The notes beneath the pieces were generated by a model. That model had not been told where the DNA came from, did no database searches, and saw nothing but the letters and a program-made list of their open reading frames with translations. From an uncultured Collinsella sp. (GTDB taxonomy: Bacteria; Actinomycetota; Coriobacteriia; Coriobacteriales; Coriobacteriaceae), in contig USFK01000001.1 of assembly GCA_900553935.1 (NCBI GenBank), positions 1 to 40,861 of the forward strand: 40,861 nt of DNA, written 5' to 3'. The position numbers were made by a program, and so were the translations under genes. The first letter of the stretch is position 1, and every line of letters starts with the position of its first letter. Shown here in pieces: positions 18,916 to 29,032 of the stretch.

Positions 18916-20121
18916 ATGAATCTGATTGATCGCAAACAGTACCTCGACTGGCTCATTTCGTGGAAAGACTCGCACGTCATCAAGGTCGTTTCGGGCGTCC
19001 GAAGGTCCGGCAAATCAAAGCTATTCGAAATCTACCGCAGCTACCTGCGCGATCATGGAATCACAGGCGGCCAGGTTATATCCCTCAACTTTGAAGACCT
19101 GGAGTTCGAGTCGCTTGCGTCGTATAGAGCGCTCTACGACTACATTTCCGCCAGACTCGTCCCCGATAAGATGAACTACGTTTTTCTGGACGAGATACAG
19201 CACGTCGAGCATTTCGAAAAAGCCGTCGACAGTCTTTTTATCAAAGACAATGTCGACCTCTACATAACCGGTTCCAACGCCTATCTGCTCTCGAGCGAGC
19301 TGGCAACTTTGCTCTCCGGTCGCTACGTAGAGCTCAAGATGCTGCCCCTATCCTTTAAAGAGTTTTGCTCGGCAAAAACCAATGACGGAAAGGCTCCCGC
19401 GCAGTTGTTTGACGAGTACATCACCCGGGGCTCTTTTCCCTTTATCGCCGAGACGGGCATTCAGGGACCCCAGGCGCGCGATTATCTTATGAGCCTCTAC
19501 GATACCATCGTCATACGCGACGTTATCGAACGCCTGAAGGTCTCGGACGTCCCGACCCTGCGCGATATCACCAAGTTCCTACTCCATAGCATTGGAAACC
19601 GGATCTCGATTAAAAAAATCTCCGACACGCTCTCGTCCAACGGCAACAAAACCGACCAGAAAACCGTAGCCAAGTACCTCAAAGGCTTAACAGACAGCCT
19701 TGTGCTGTACTATGCTCCGCGCTATAACGTGCGCGGTCGGCAGCTTCTTACAACAAACGGCAAATACTACGCCGTTGACCTTGGACTTAGAGGCGCTCTT
19801 GTCAAAACCCAAAGCAGCGATATCGGTCATATCCTCGAAAATGTTGTCTATCTCGAGCTCCTACGCCGCGGATACGACGTCTACGTGGGCGATATCGACG
19901 GTGGGGAAATCGATTTTGTTGCCCTACGCTCAGACGAGACGGCCTATTTTCAGGTTTCAGCCACCACACTCGACGAAACCACCCTCAATCGAGAGTTGGC
20001 CCCCTTTAAAAAAGTCCGAGACAACTACCCCAAAACGCTTCTTACGCTCGACACGCTGTTTGCGAACGCGAACTACGAAGGAGTCCGCAAGCGCAACGTG
20101 ATCGACTGGCTCCTGGAGTAA
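18916..20121 (+). CDS. AAA+ ATPase (AAA_14) with DUF4143 / PD-(D/E)xK-like C-terminus
   Basis: GVRRSGKS, FLDEIQ, ITGSNA, LSGRY, LENVVYLEL, EIDFVA...YFQV. Confidence 0.92.
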   Translation: MNLIDRKQYLDWLISWKDSHVIKVVSGVRRSGKSKLFEIYRSYLRDHGITGGQVISLNFEDLEFESLASYRALYDYISARLVPDKMNYVFLDEIQHVEHFEKAVDSLFIKDNVDLYITGSNAYLLSSELATLLSGRYVELKMLPLSFKEFCSAKTNDGKAPAQLFDEYITRGSFPFIAETGIQGPQARDYLMSLYDTIVIRDVIERLKVSDVPTLRDITKFLLHSIGNRISIKKISDTLSSNGNKTDQKTVAKYLKGLTDSLVLYYAPRYNVRGRQLLTTNGKYYAVDLGLRGALVKTQSSDIGHILENVVYLELLRRGYDVYVGDIDGGEIDFVALRSDETAYFQVSATTLDETTLNRELAPFKKVRDNYPKTLLTLDTLFANANYEGVRKRNVIDWLLE

Positions 20122-20322
20122 CTTGTAGCGTCATAACCCTCCGCCAGCTCCTTACCAAGGCCGCAGCCCCAGTCGCTTAAAGCACAATGCCCCTCTTATC
20201 GGCCAAAACAGCAATCTTGGCGTGATAAAAGGGGCTGACTGCGTCAGCGCTTCCACGCAGGCGCCGTTGCCGTCACCGTCCCGCGGGATCGGGTGCGGGA
20301 CATGGCGACTCGCGTACAAACG

Positions 20323-20973
20323 CTAGCGCACGGCCTTGACCGCGGCCGGCAGATCGAACAGCGTATCGAGCACAGCCTCGCAGCCATCCACCACGTCCTG
20401 CGGCAGCGGCACGATGTCGGGAACGGCGAAGACGTGGCAGCCGGCCGTGATGCCCGAGACGCAGCCGTTGCGGGAATCCTCGACCACGGCGCACTCCTCG
20501 GGAGCAAAGCCCGCGCGCTCGCAGGCGAGCAGGTACATCTCTGGATCGGGCTTGCCGTGTACGACGTCCTCGCCGCAGGTCACCGTCTCAAACTTATCAA
20601 AGAGGCCGACCATCTTAAGGTTGCGCTCGGCGGTAACATGGCGCGACGACGTCGCAAGACCCACGTGATAGCCCGCAGTCAGCAGCTCGTCGAGGCACTC
20701 GGCGGCACCGTCCTTAAGCTCCAGATCGGTCTTGACCATCTCGTCGCGAATCTCCCTATGGCGACGATAGATTGCCTCAGCGGTTTCGCAGCTGCCGTAA
20801 TGCTCATCAAGGATCTCCATGACATCGGGCAGCGTGCGACCGATAAACTGATGGATCAGCGCATCATCAATCGCGAATCCCAGCTCGGCCGCGCCCGCCT
20901 TCCACGCCTTGATACCCAAACGCTCGGTATCGACCAGCGTTCCGTCCATGTCAAAAATAACGGCCTTGATCAT
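20323..20973 (-). CDS. HAD family phosphatase (beta-PGM/CbbY-like)
   Basis: FDMDGTLVDTE, ATSS, GKPDPE, VEDSRNG. Confidence 0.93.
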   Translation of the reverse strand: MIKAVIFDMDGTLVDTERLGIKAWKAGAAELGFAIDDALIHQFIGRTLPDVMEILDEHYGSCETAEAIYRRHREIRDEMVKTDLELKDGAAECLDELLTAGYHVGLATSSRHVTAERNLKMVGLFDKFETVTCGEDVVHGKPDPEMYLLACERAGFAPEECAVVEDSRNGCVSGITAGCHVFAVPDIVPLPQDVVDGCEAVLDTLFDLPAAVKAVR

Positions 20974-21146
20974 ATCGGTCCCCCATCGCTTCGCGCTGCT
21001 GTACTCCCGCAACTTTACCGCACCTGTAAACTTGTATATAACGTATATAGCATATTGCACTTTCGTTACATAGATAGAAGTCTTATGACAAGCGACTCGG
21101 TAGGATTATAGTTTTCGACCGAGTACTCAACGGCAAGGATCGACTT

Positions 21147-22025
21147 ATGCTTTCAGACACCACCGCACCCGCAGAGGGGCTTCAGGACAAACTCGCAGCG
21201 CTCGAGCAGCTGCTTTTAGCATACGGACGCGTCGCCATCGGCTTTTCCGGTGGCGTCGACAGCAGCTTTTTGGCCGCGGTCTGCGCCCGCATCATGCCCG
21301 CCAGCACGCTTCTCGTTCACCTCACCACGCCGCTCATCGGCACGCCCGAGCAGGCTTCGTTTGAGCGCTCCGTTGATGGACAAGCCAATGAGGGGCCGCA
21401 TTTTAAGCTCCCCGTGCTCAATCTTTCGGTCGATCAGCTGCAGCTCCCCCAAGTAGCCTGCAACGATGTCAATCGCTGCTACCACTGCAAGCATGCCGGC
21501 TTTACCGCCATCGTCAACCACGCCAGGTCGCTGGGCTTTCCCGCCGTCATCGATGGCAGCAATGCAAGCGATCGCGGTGACTACCGCCCCGGCATGCGCG
21601 CGGCAAAAGAGCTCGGCGTACGCTCCCCTCTCATGGAGGTCGGCTTTACCAAGGACGAGGAGCGCGAGTTGCTGCGCGCCTGGGGATACCCCGTCTGGAA
21701 CCTGCCGGCAGGAGCCTGCCTGGCCACGCGTGTCCCCACGGGCGAGGAGCTCACGCGCGAGAAGGTCGATCTCGTTCGTGCTTGCGAGGATTACCTGCAC
21801 GATCTTGGTCTGGCACAGGTGCGCGCACGCCTTGTTGGCGGCTGCATGCATATCGAGGCAGCGCCGGCAGACGTCGCCAAGATCGCCGCCCTCGGCAGTA
21901 CCGCGGTCAACGACGAGGGCAAGGCCCCGCTTCCCGCCGCCATCGAGTCCGCGCTGCGCGAGCTGGGCTGCGGCCATATCTCCCCCGAGGTAACTCCCTA
22001 CATCCACGGCAACATGAACCTTTAA
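21147..22025 (+). CDS. larE: ATP-dependent sulfur transferase LarE family
   Basis: PP-loop FSGGVDSS, RCYHCK, DYRPGMRA, ACLATRVP. Confidence 0.88.
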   Translation: MLSDTTAPAEGLQDKLAALEQLLLAYGRVAIGFSGGVDSSFLAAVCARIMPASTLLVHLTTPLIGTPEQASFERSVDGQANEGPHFKLPVLNLSVDQLQLPQVACNDVNRCYHCKHAGFTAIVNHARSLGFPAVIDGSNASDRGDYRPGMRAAKELGVRSPLMEVGFTKDEERELLRAWGYPVWNLPAGACLATRVPTGEELTREKVDLVRACEDYLHDLGLAQVRARLVGGCMHIEAAPADVAKIAALGSTAVNDEGKAPLPAAIESALRELGCGHISPEVTPYIHGNMNL

Positions 22026-22037
22026 GTTACGCCGTTT

Positions 22038-22083
22038 AACCTACCAAAAAGGGACAGGTTTATTTTGGCAGGTTTTATCTGGG
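22038..22083 (+). repeat. REP-like palindrome family B, copy 3
   Basis: One mismatch to 15045-15090. Confidence 0.88.
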
Positions 22084-22146
22084 TAAACGACCTGCAGCGT
22101 CTCCTGCTAGACTGGTAGATTCGCAACCGAACAACCAGGAGCCCCC

Positions 22147-23112
22147 ATGTCGCGCAAGTCCGCCTACAAGCAAGTACTTTCCATCGGCACCGCCGTGGTG
22201 CTGGGATTTGCGCTGTTTACGGGATCGCTCGACGGGGCGCCCAAGCTGCTGTCGCCGCAAAGCGATGAGCAGGCGGCGGCCCTGGCCGAGAAGCAAAACG
22301 AGAGCCCCAGCCGCACCGACGACGAGGCGGACCTGGTCGCCCGGCTCGAATCGGGGACGGCAAGCTCCGAGGACTCCGGCGATGGCTCCGAATCCACCAC
22401 AACCGGCACCGGCGACGACGCTTCCGCAGATAGCACTGCCATCCCCATTGATGAAGTCGAAAATTCCGATCAAGACCGCGCGCGCGGCGTATACCTCACC
22501 AGCATTCCCGACTACTCCGGTAACCCCTACGTCGCCCTTCGCGCCGATGGTACGCACTCGCTCGGCACGCCGTCGTTCACGCTCGATGAATACGAGCGCG
22601 CCACCGAAGAAGGCTGCTTTAAGAAGTTCTCTAAACTCGACAGCCTGGGCCGTACCCGCAAAGCACTCGCCTGCATAGGACCCGAATCGCTCGGTCAGGG
22701 CAAGCGCGGCGATATCTCGCGTATCCACCCCGCCGGATGGCACCAGCAGCGCTACGACTTTATTCCAGGCCAGAGCCTCTATAACCGCTGCCACCTTATC
22801 GCTTGGTCGCTCTGCGGCGAAAACGCCAACCGCAAAAATCTCCTGACCGGCACGCGTTATCTCAACGAGACGGGCATGCTGCCCTTTGAGGAGCAGATCC
22901 TCGACTACATCCGCGACACTGGTAACCATGTGCTCTACCGCGTCACGCCCATGTACAACGAAGAGGAACTTCTCTGCCGCGGCGTGCGCCTTGAGGCCCA
23001 ATCGGTCGAGGATCACGGCAAGACGTTGTGCTTCCACGTGTACTGTTATAACCTGCAACCGCATGTGCAGATCGACTACGCCACCGGCAAAAACCAAGCC
23101 AACGGGGACTAA
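22147..23112 (+). CDS. Secreted/membrane-anchored DNA/RNA non-specific endonuclease (EndA-like)
   Basis: N-terminal hydrophobic segment; LDSLGR, PAGWHQ, YNRCHLI, NLLTGTRYLN, VLYRVTP. Confidence 0.92.
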   Translation: MSRKSAYKQVLSIGTAVVLGFALFTGSLDGAPKLLSPQSDEQAAALAEKQNESPSRTDDEADLVARLESGTASSEDSGDGSESTTTGTGDDASADSTAIPIDEVENSDQDRARGVYLTSIPDYSGNPYVALRADGTHSLGTPSFTLDEYERATEEGCFKKFSKLDSLGRTRKALACIGPESLGQGKRGDISRIHPAGWHQQRYDFIPGQSLYNRCHLIAWSLCGENANRKNLLTGTRYLNETGMLPFEEQILDYIRDTGNHVLYRVTPMYNEEELLCRGVRLEAQSVEDHGKTLCFHVYCYNLQPHVQIDYATGKNQANGD

Positions 23113-23392
23113 CCACAATCCATAACCCAAGGCAAAAACCACCACCGAGGGACGGCCCCTTGGTGCTTTTTTCGATAACGGCAATGCCGCATCCTGAACC
23201 GAATAGACTCCGCACGGCCTCTATCCCCTACAGCATCGCGCCAAAGTCGCTGATTTCGAACAGGCGCCCAAGGCAGCAGAAGCCGCACACTAAATACGTA
23301 ATTTATTCTTTGCAATTACAATCTCAATAGGTTAACGCTGCAGAACAACGTAAAATAAAGGCAATTTTGCTTCAAAGTAATCAGGAGATACT

Positions 23393-24151
23393 GTGACCAA
23401 TCGCGTCAACGACTCATTTATTAAAAAGGACTGTGCCACCCCCATCTATATGCAAGTGGTCGAATATCTGCGCGAGAACATCGCCTCGGGAGCTTGGGAA
23501 GAGGCATCCAAAATCCCGTCGGAGGTCGACCTTATGAGCACGCTCGGCGTTAGCCGCGGCAGCATCAAAAAGGCCATTTCAAAGCTTGTTGATGAGGGTC
23601 TACTTGAGCAAATTCAGGGAAAGGGAACTTACGTTAAGTCCAAAGACATCTCTTTCCCCCTTACTGAAGGCCTTATCTCTTTCTCCGAGTCTTTAAGCGA
23701 GCAGGGCCTTTCTTTCGAAACCAGCATTCTCGATTGCAAAGTTTGCAAATGCGATGAAGACATCTCCAAGCACCTCGGCATTGCCGAAGGCTCCAATTAT
23801 CTCCATCTTGAGCGCGTACGCAGCGTTGAGGGCGAGCCCGTCATGTTTATCGAGAACAACATCAACATGGCGCTTGTCCCAGGCATAGAGACGGCCGACT
23901 TTGTCAACGAGGGCCTTTTTGCGATTATCGAGCGGCTCTCTGGCCACCAGATCGAATACTCGAAGACCTCCTTTGTGGCAAAGCTCGCAGACACCCGACG
24001 CGCGAATGCGCTCGGTCTCTCTACGCAATCCCCACTTCTTCAGCAGCTTCAAACAGTCTACCTGGACAATGACTCCGCAATTGAATATGCGCGCGTGTGG
24101 CTTAAATCCAGCAGATTTCAACTTGGCACCGTTTTTCAGCGCCGCCATTAA
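23393..24151 (+). CDS. GntR (HutC/UTRA) family regulator of the PTS island
   Basis: PIYMQV, IPSE, QGKGTYV, UTRA-like C-terminus; AGGAG RBS before GTG. Confidence 0.93.
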   Translation: MTNRVNDSFIKKDCATPIYMQVVEYLRENIASGAWEEASKIPSEVDLMSTLGVSRGSIKKAISKLVDEGLLEQIQGKGTYVKSKDISFPLTEGLISFSESLSEQGLSFETSILDCKVCKCDEDISKHLGIAEGSNYLHLERVRSVEGEPVMFIENNINMALVPGIETADFVNEGLFAIIERLSGHQIEYSKTSFVAKLADTRRANALGLSTQSPLLQQLQTVYLDNDSAIEYARVWLKSSRFQLGTVFQRRH

Positions 24152-24197
24152 ACCTCTTGGGCGCGACAGCGTTGCTCCCAACAAGATTCCAAAACGC

Positions 24198-24227
24198 AAG
24201 AAGGCGAACCCGTGGGTTCGCCTTCTT
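24198..24227. terminator. Bidirectional terminator
   Basis: AAGAAGGCGAACCC-GT-GGGTTCGCCTTCTT. Confidence 0.85.
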
Positions 24228-24238
24228 AGTAAGCGGAT

Positions 24239-24913
24239 TTAGTCCAGCGCGTCAAACAGCTCTGTAAGCAACGCCGTCCTGTCATCCGTAATCGCCAGGG
24301 CGCTCGAAATGCCGGTACCCTGCGCGCCAAGCCCGATCAGGCGACGAACATCGTCTCCACACCTGATTCCCGCTCCCTCCATGATAACGATGTCGGGATT
24401 AATGGACCGAACGGCGGCAATGGTCTCTGCGATGTAATCATCACCGCTTGTATGACCCGTACCCACCAGGCTGCTCGGCTCGCAAAGAATCACATCCGGG
24501 TTCATTGCTGCAACCGCCTTGGATTCGGTGACACTATCGGCCGCAACAATGGTTAGAATCTCAAGCTCACGAGCGCGATCAATCGTTGCCGCCAGCTTGT
24601 CAACGGCCAGGGGGTGTGCCGTGTGATTAAGAAAGACAGCTCGAACTCCCGCGCTCTTAAGCGACTCAAGAGGCGTCAGTCCCATTCCCTTTCCATCGCC
24701 GATGAGATCGGCGTGCTGCGCCGTTGGAATTGCAAATTTCAGATCCTTTGCAACCGCGCAGAGCTCAGGAACGGGGGCGGTCCAGAAAATCGAATGATTT
24801 CGCCCTTTTGCAATCTCATCCGTAAGGTGGGCCGCTGCGATCGAATCGTCGCCAAGCAGATAGGTCTTAGGACTGACTGTAAAAAGTGGCAGTTTTAAAT
24901 CGGAACGTTTCAA
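24239..24913 (-). CDS. Triosephosphate isomerase-like protein (short, archaeal-type)
   Basis: SPKTY, AQHAD, LNH, CEPSSLVGTG, GAGI. Confidence 0.88.
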   Translation of the reverse strand: MKRSDLKLPLFTVSPKTYLLGDDSIAAAHLTDEIAKGRNHSIFWTAPVPELCAVAKDLKFAIPTAQHADLIGDGKGMGLTPLESLKSAGVRAVFLNHTAHPLAVDKLAATIDRARELEILTIVAADSVTESKAVAAMNPDVILCEPSSLVGTGHTSGDDYIAETIAAVRSINPDIVIMEGAGIRCGDDVRRLIGLGAQGTGISSALAITDDRTALLTELFDALD

Positions 24914-24961
24914 GGGAACACGTCCTTTCCGACTAATACATGGCCTGCCAAACCGAGCGAG

Positions 24962-25315
24962 TTAGCTATTAAAGCTGATCTCAATGCCGGCCTCCAGTTT
25001 GGGAAGCGTGCTGGGCGCCACGAGAACAGTTCCGGGAAGCAGCTCTCGCTCACCATCGAACGCAATGGTCAGATGACCGAGTCCTCCCATGTTCTCATTT
25101 GCGGCCTCACCAAACTCCTTAATCGTGTAGACCTGGTCGCCGATAGAGATAGTGCCGCCCTCGACGAGCACGTTATTCTCCGTGGGGACCCCATCGTGAA
25201 CGACGCAAATGTCACGCAACTCCGCAGGAGCAGTCGGGCCAAACAAGACCACCATCTTCTCGTTGAGAAGCTCCTCAACAAACGAGCCAATCTCAGTGAC
25301 CGTAACCTTGTACAT
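24962..25315 (-). CDS. srlB: PTS glucitol/sorbitol family EIIA
   Basis: APAELRDICVVH, LGHLTIAFDG, LPGT. Confidence 0.9.
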   Translation of the reverse strand: MYKVTVTEIGSFVEELLNEKMVVLFGPTAPAELRDICVVHDGVPTENNVLVEGGTISIGDQVYTIKEFGEAANENMGGLGHLTIAFDGERELLPGTVLVAPSTLPKLEAGIEISFNS

Positions 25316-25334
25316 TTGATTTCTCCTATCTTAG

Positions 25335-25718
25335 TTACGCTGCAGACGCAGTCATCGACCTGTCAATAACACGAATAGCCTGGGCAAAAGCATCGTGATA
25401 GCTTTCGTTGGCCAAATGGTCCAGAGCCGTCTCGATATTCAGCCCCAGCATCTCGCCCATCTCCGAAAACTCCGGTTTGAGGGAGAGGCCCTTGAGCTCA
25501 TAGCAACCGGTAATCACGCCGTCATGATCCGTCAGAATCATCACAAACGCTTTTCGGCTAAAGCTAACCTTGCACATACCCGTGCCCAAGTATCCCTCAT
25601 GATCACGAGCGTGCTCATGGATAAGGATGCGAACCTTCCTCCAATAGCGATACTGGGTAAATGTCCCAGCAAGCCACACAAGGATAAAGAAGGCTATTGT
25701 AATGAGCGCGTTGAGCAT
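25335..25718 (-). CDS. gutM: GutM/SrlM-like glucitol operon protein
   Basis: N-terminal TM helix, Q..Y motif, typical size and position within an srl cluster. Confidence 0.75.
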   Translation of the reverse strand: MLNALITIAFFILVWLAGTFTQYRYWRKVRILIHEHARDHEGYLGTGMCKVSFSRKAFVMILTDHDGVITGCYELKGLSLKPEFSEMGEMLGLNIETALDHLANESYHDAFAQAIRVIDRSMTASAA

Positions 25719-25748
25719 AGCAGGCCTTTCCCTCTCAAAGCATTCAGT

Positions 25749-26768
25749 TTACAGGCCGAAGGACAGTACGTAGGCAAGAACAATCTGGATCGGGGTAGTG
25801 ATCAGCTTACCAAACAGGAACGCAGGGTAACCGATCTCGATCGTCTCGGGCTTTGCCTCCATGAGGGTCATGCCAACGGGGGCAAAATCGGAACCAACCT
25901 GGCAATTGACAGCAAAGAAGCCGGGAAGGGCAAAGTTGGCAGGAATCGTGCCGTTGGCGATCTGGTTGCCAACGAGGACGGAAAGCACGGAGGCGATGAT
26001 TGCGCCCGGGCAGATCAACGGCGAGAGGAACGGAATCGAGCAGAACATGCCGATCGCCAGCATGCCGGGCAGCGAGCCCGCGAGAGGCGTAAGGACGCCA
26101 GCGAGAACGTTTGCGAAGCCGGTGTAGTTGATGATGCCGATCAGAACCGAGACGAACGCCATGAAGGGGATGATGTTGCGGATAACATCGTTCACGGTAT
26201 CGCGCGCAGCCTGGTAGATGATGCTGATAACGCGGCCGACACCGGTGCCGATCTTGGAGACAACGTCCATGAAGCCGTTAGACTCCTTGGATGCGAGCTC
26301 GGCACGTCCCTCGGCGATCTTGGCGTGGACGTTTTCCTTCGTCGTCTCCTCGTGTGCCTTCTCGGCCTTTACCGGCTCAGCGGGAACATCGGCCGCATCG
26401 GCAAGGACGATGCAATCGGGATTGACGTCAGATGCAAAGAGATCCTCGGTGATGAACTGGGCCAGAGGACCAGACGGAGAACCGGGCTTGATGTTCAGCG
26501 TCTTAAGGCCCATCTTGGGATAGGTGCCGCAGCGAGCCACGCCGGCGCAGTCGATGACAACGGCGCATGCCTGATCGGTCTCGATCGGGTCCTTAAACTG
26601 GTCGTGCGCCTCGGCGCCGGTAAGCTCCGCAATGCGAAGGGCGACCGGGCTGATGCCACCCAGGGTCACGCTCAGAACATAAGGCTTCTCGGCCGTGGGG
26701 GTAATGATGAGGGGACCGCCCCAACCGTTGCCGCCGTGGGACGCCTTTACGCTTTTGAATTCACTCAT
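25749..26768 (-). CDS. srlE: PTS glucitol/sorbitol family EIIBC
   Basis: GWGGPL, VIDCAGVARCGTYP, IPFMAFVS, QVGSDFAPVG. Confidence 0.93.
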   Translation of the reverse strand: MSEFKSVKASHGGNGWGGPLIITPTAEKPYVLSVTLGGISPVALRIAELTGAEAHDQFKDPIETDQACAVVIDCAGVARCGTYPKMGLKTLNIKPGSPSGPLAQFITEDLFASDVNPDCIVLADAADVPAEPVKAEKAHEETTKENVHAKIAEGRAELASKESNGFMDVVSKIGTGVGRVISIIYQAARDTVNDVIRNIIPFMAFVSVLIGIINYTGFANVLAGVLTPLAGSLPGMLAIGMFCSIPFLSPLICPGAIIASVLSVLVGNQIANGTIPANFALPGFFAVNCQVGSDFAPVGMTLMEAKPETIEIGYPAFLFGKLITTPIQIVLAYVLSFGL

Positions 26769-26797
26769 GATTTAGACTCTCCTTTTGCGCTGAACTA

Positions 26798-27343
26798 CTA
26801 GGCGGCAAGCTTAGCTTCGTTGCGCTTCTTCATGATGAGGTACAGCTTCTCGGTGACAATGCCCTTGATCAGGCAGACGATTAGACCAACAATGAGGAAG
26901 CGGATAGCAAGCTCGGAGGAGTTCTTTCCCAGTGCCTCGTAGCCGGCCGAGATACCAAGCCAAACAAAGAGCTCGGAAGAGTTAGCGTGCGGGAAAAGGC
27001 CAACGATGGGGTGCATCATGGACACGACCGCATCGTAGAATGCGGGCTTGTAGTCCTCCTCGACAAACACACCAAAGGTGTATGCCATCGGATTGCAGAG
27101 GAAGAAAGTGCAAAGGAACGGGATGAGGGTATAGCGGAGAACTGCATACTTGGTGCACTTCTTCATGAACCCATAGACGCGCTCCTCGCCGATCAGCTGG
27201 ATGACTGCCTTGATCGTAAGGATCAGGCAGATCAGCATGGGGATCATGCCCGTAATAAACGAGGCAAACTGATCACCAGCCGCATTAAACAGGCCGGTAA
27301 AGCCCTCCGCAAGGAAGATAAGGAAATCGTTTACTGCTCCCAT
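26798..27343 (-). CDS. srlA: PTS glucitol/sorbitol family EIIC
   Basis: LIGEER, NPMAY, GLFPHANSSELFVWLGI. Confidence 0.93.
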   Translation of the reverse strand: MGAVNDFLIFLAEGFTGLFNAAGDQFASFITGMIPMLICLILTIKAVIQLIGEERVYGFMKKCTKYAVLRYTLIPFLCTFFLCNPMAYTFGVFVEEDYKPAFYDAVVSMMHPIVGLFPHANSSELFVWLGISAGYEALGKNSSELAIRFLIVGLIVCLIKGIVTEKLYLIMKKRNEAKLAA

Positions 27344-27526
27344 TTTCATTCTCCTTAGTTAATGTTCGTTACTTCTATCGTTCTACCTGAGCGCCCCCTC
27401 CTCCTTTTCAATCGGCCATATACGCTCATGGTTGTCTACGGTTGTCTATATCTTACAAAGGGACCGCTATTCGAGTTGCCTTCTCGCATTCCTTTCGGTG
27501 AACGGTAGATTTTACAAGACAAACGG

Positions 27527-29002
27527 CTACGCGCTATTTAGCTCATAGATAATTTGGAGTGCCTCAAATATACGCATATACCTGCTAAAACGCGCATCGT
27601 AGAGCTCATGGGCCCTGTCGTTTTTTTCAATGGAATCGAGTTTTCTGCAGACCCCTGCGGCAACCGCCGTCAAGTCTTGGCCGCAAGAAGCCGAGAGAGC
27701 CAGCAGCGCCGCGCCCTGACCGGCGCCGGAGGATTCCATCCGCACCATATTGACCCCCAACACGTTGGAGAGCGTTTGCGCCCAAAAATCGTTCTTGGCC
27801 CCTCCTCCAATGAGCCTGATGCTGCGCCACTCTTCCGAATGGCCCACGGACTCCTTGAGCTCCCTTAAGGCATACGCCGTGCCCTCCATCAGAGCCCTTT
27901 CGAGCTCGGAACGAGTCGTGTCAAGATCAAGCCCCAGAAAGGCACCGCGTACCGACGGGCAACCGTGCAGGACTTTTTCTCCCGATAGATGGGGGTAGAA
28001 CATGAGATCCCTCATGTCGTAGAAGGGGTCCTCGACGGCCTTGTCCTCCAAATCGTAGGACTCACTGCTTAGAATCTGCCCGTACCACCATTCCTTGGCA
28101 CCGCCGCACGATCTGATACTCAGCTGAATTTGGGTCTTAAGGGTATTTCCCCACTTGAACAACACGGGCTTGCCAACAGCCGGAAGGTCAACTCCCTCAG
28201 ATGAATACAGCAGCACGCCGCTTGTTCCAAGTGAGATGGTGGGGGCGCCCTCCAAAAGGCATCCCGTGCAGATCGCTGCCGCGGGATTGTCGCCCGTTCC
28301 CCTCACGATCATGGCACCTGCGGGAATTCCCGTCTCGCCTGAAGCTCTCTCAACCACGGTCCCAATTACGGCATCGGAAGGCTCGACAACGGGAAGCAAC
28401 GACTCGGGGATTCCAAAATGCTCGCAGACCTCACCGATCCAAGCTTGCCTCTCGTTATCGTAGAGCCCTGTTGTCGAAGCCCCACAATAGTCCGTACCAG
28501 CACGCCCGCCAAACTTGAGAGCAATCCAATCTGAAACCGAAAGAAACACTTCGCTCTTTGAAAGGCCCTCAGGATTATTCTTAGCTATCCATGCAAGGTT
28601 AATCGCCGGAACCCCAGTCGAAAGAAAGCTGGCGACCCTAGGATAGCCCGCAGACAGCGCCCACTGTTTCTCGGTAAAGACAGCGTCAATCGTGCGCTGG
28701 TCGTTCCACATTATGGCGGGACACGTTGGCACCCCATCGGCATCGATCAAGACCGTCGTATGCATCTGCCCGGTAGCGCCAACGCCTTTTATTAGAGACA
28801 GGTCAACTTTCTTTCCAAGCAGGGAGCATGCAGAGCAAATGGCGATCCACCATGTCTCGGGATTGATTTCCCGCCAACCGGGATGAGGCTCAGAGCACTC
28901 GTAAGCCTCGCTCGCAGTCGCGACAACTTTTCCGCCTTCATCAATGCACGTGAGCTTCACCGATGACGTGCCCACATCGACACCAAGGTAGAGCGCACCC
29001 AT
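27527..29002 (-). CDS. FGGY family carbohydrate kinase (xylulokinase-like)
   Basis: LGVDVGTSSVK, TGQMH, WNDQR, GTGDN, SLGTSG, IGGGAK. Confidence 0.92.
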   Translation of the reverse strand: MGALYLGVDVGTSSVKLTCIDEGGKVVATASEAYECSEPHPGWREINPETWWIAICSACSLLGKKVDLSLIKGVGATGQMHTTVLIDADGVPTCPAIMWNDQRTIDAVFTEKQWALSAGYPRVASFLSTGVPAINLAWIAKNNPEGLSKSEVFLSVSDWIALKFGGRAGTDYCGASTTGLYDNERQAWIGEVCEHFGIPESLLPVVEPSDAVIGTVVERASGETGIPAGAMIVRGTGDNPAAAICTGCLLEGAPTISLGTSGVLLYSSEGVDLPAVGKPVLFKWGNTLKTQIQLSIRSCGGAKEWWYGQILSSESYDLEDKAVEDPFYDMRDLMFYPHLSGEKVLHGCPSVRGAFLGLDLDTTRSELERALMEGTAYALRELKESVGHSEEWRSIRLIGGGAKNDFWAQTLSNVLGVNMVRMESSGAGQGAALLALSASCGQDLTAVAAGVCRKLDSIEKNDRAHELYDARFSRYMRIFEALQIIYELNSA

Positions 29003-29032
29003 TATCGCCTCATCCATGTTCGTAATTCCGCG

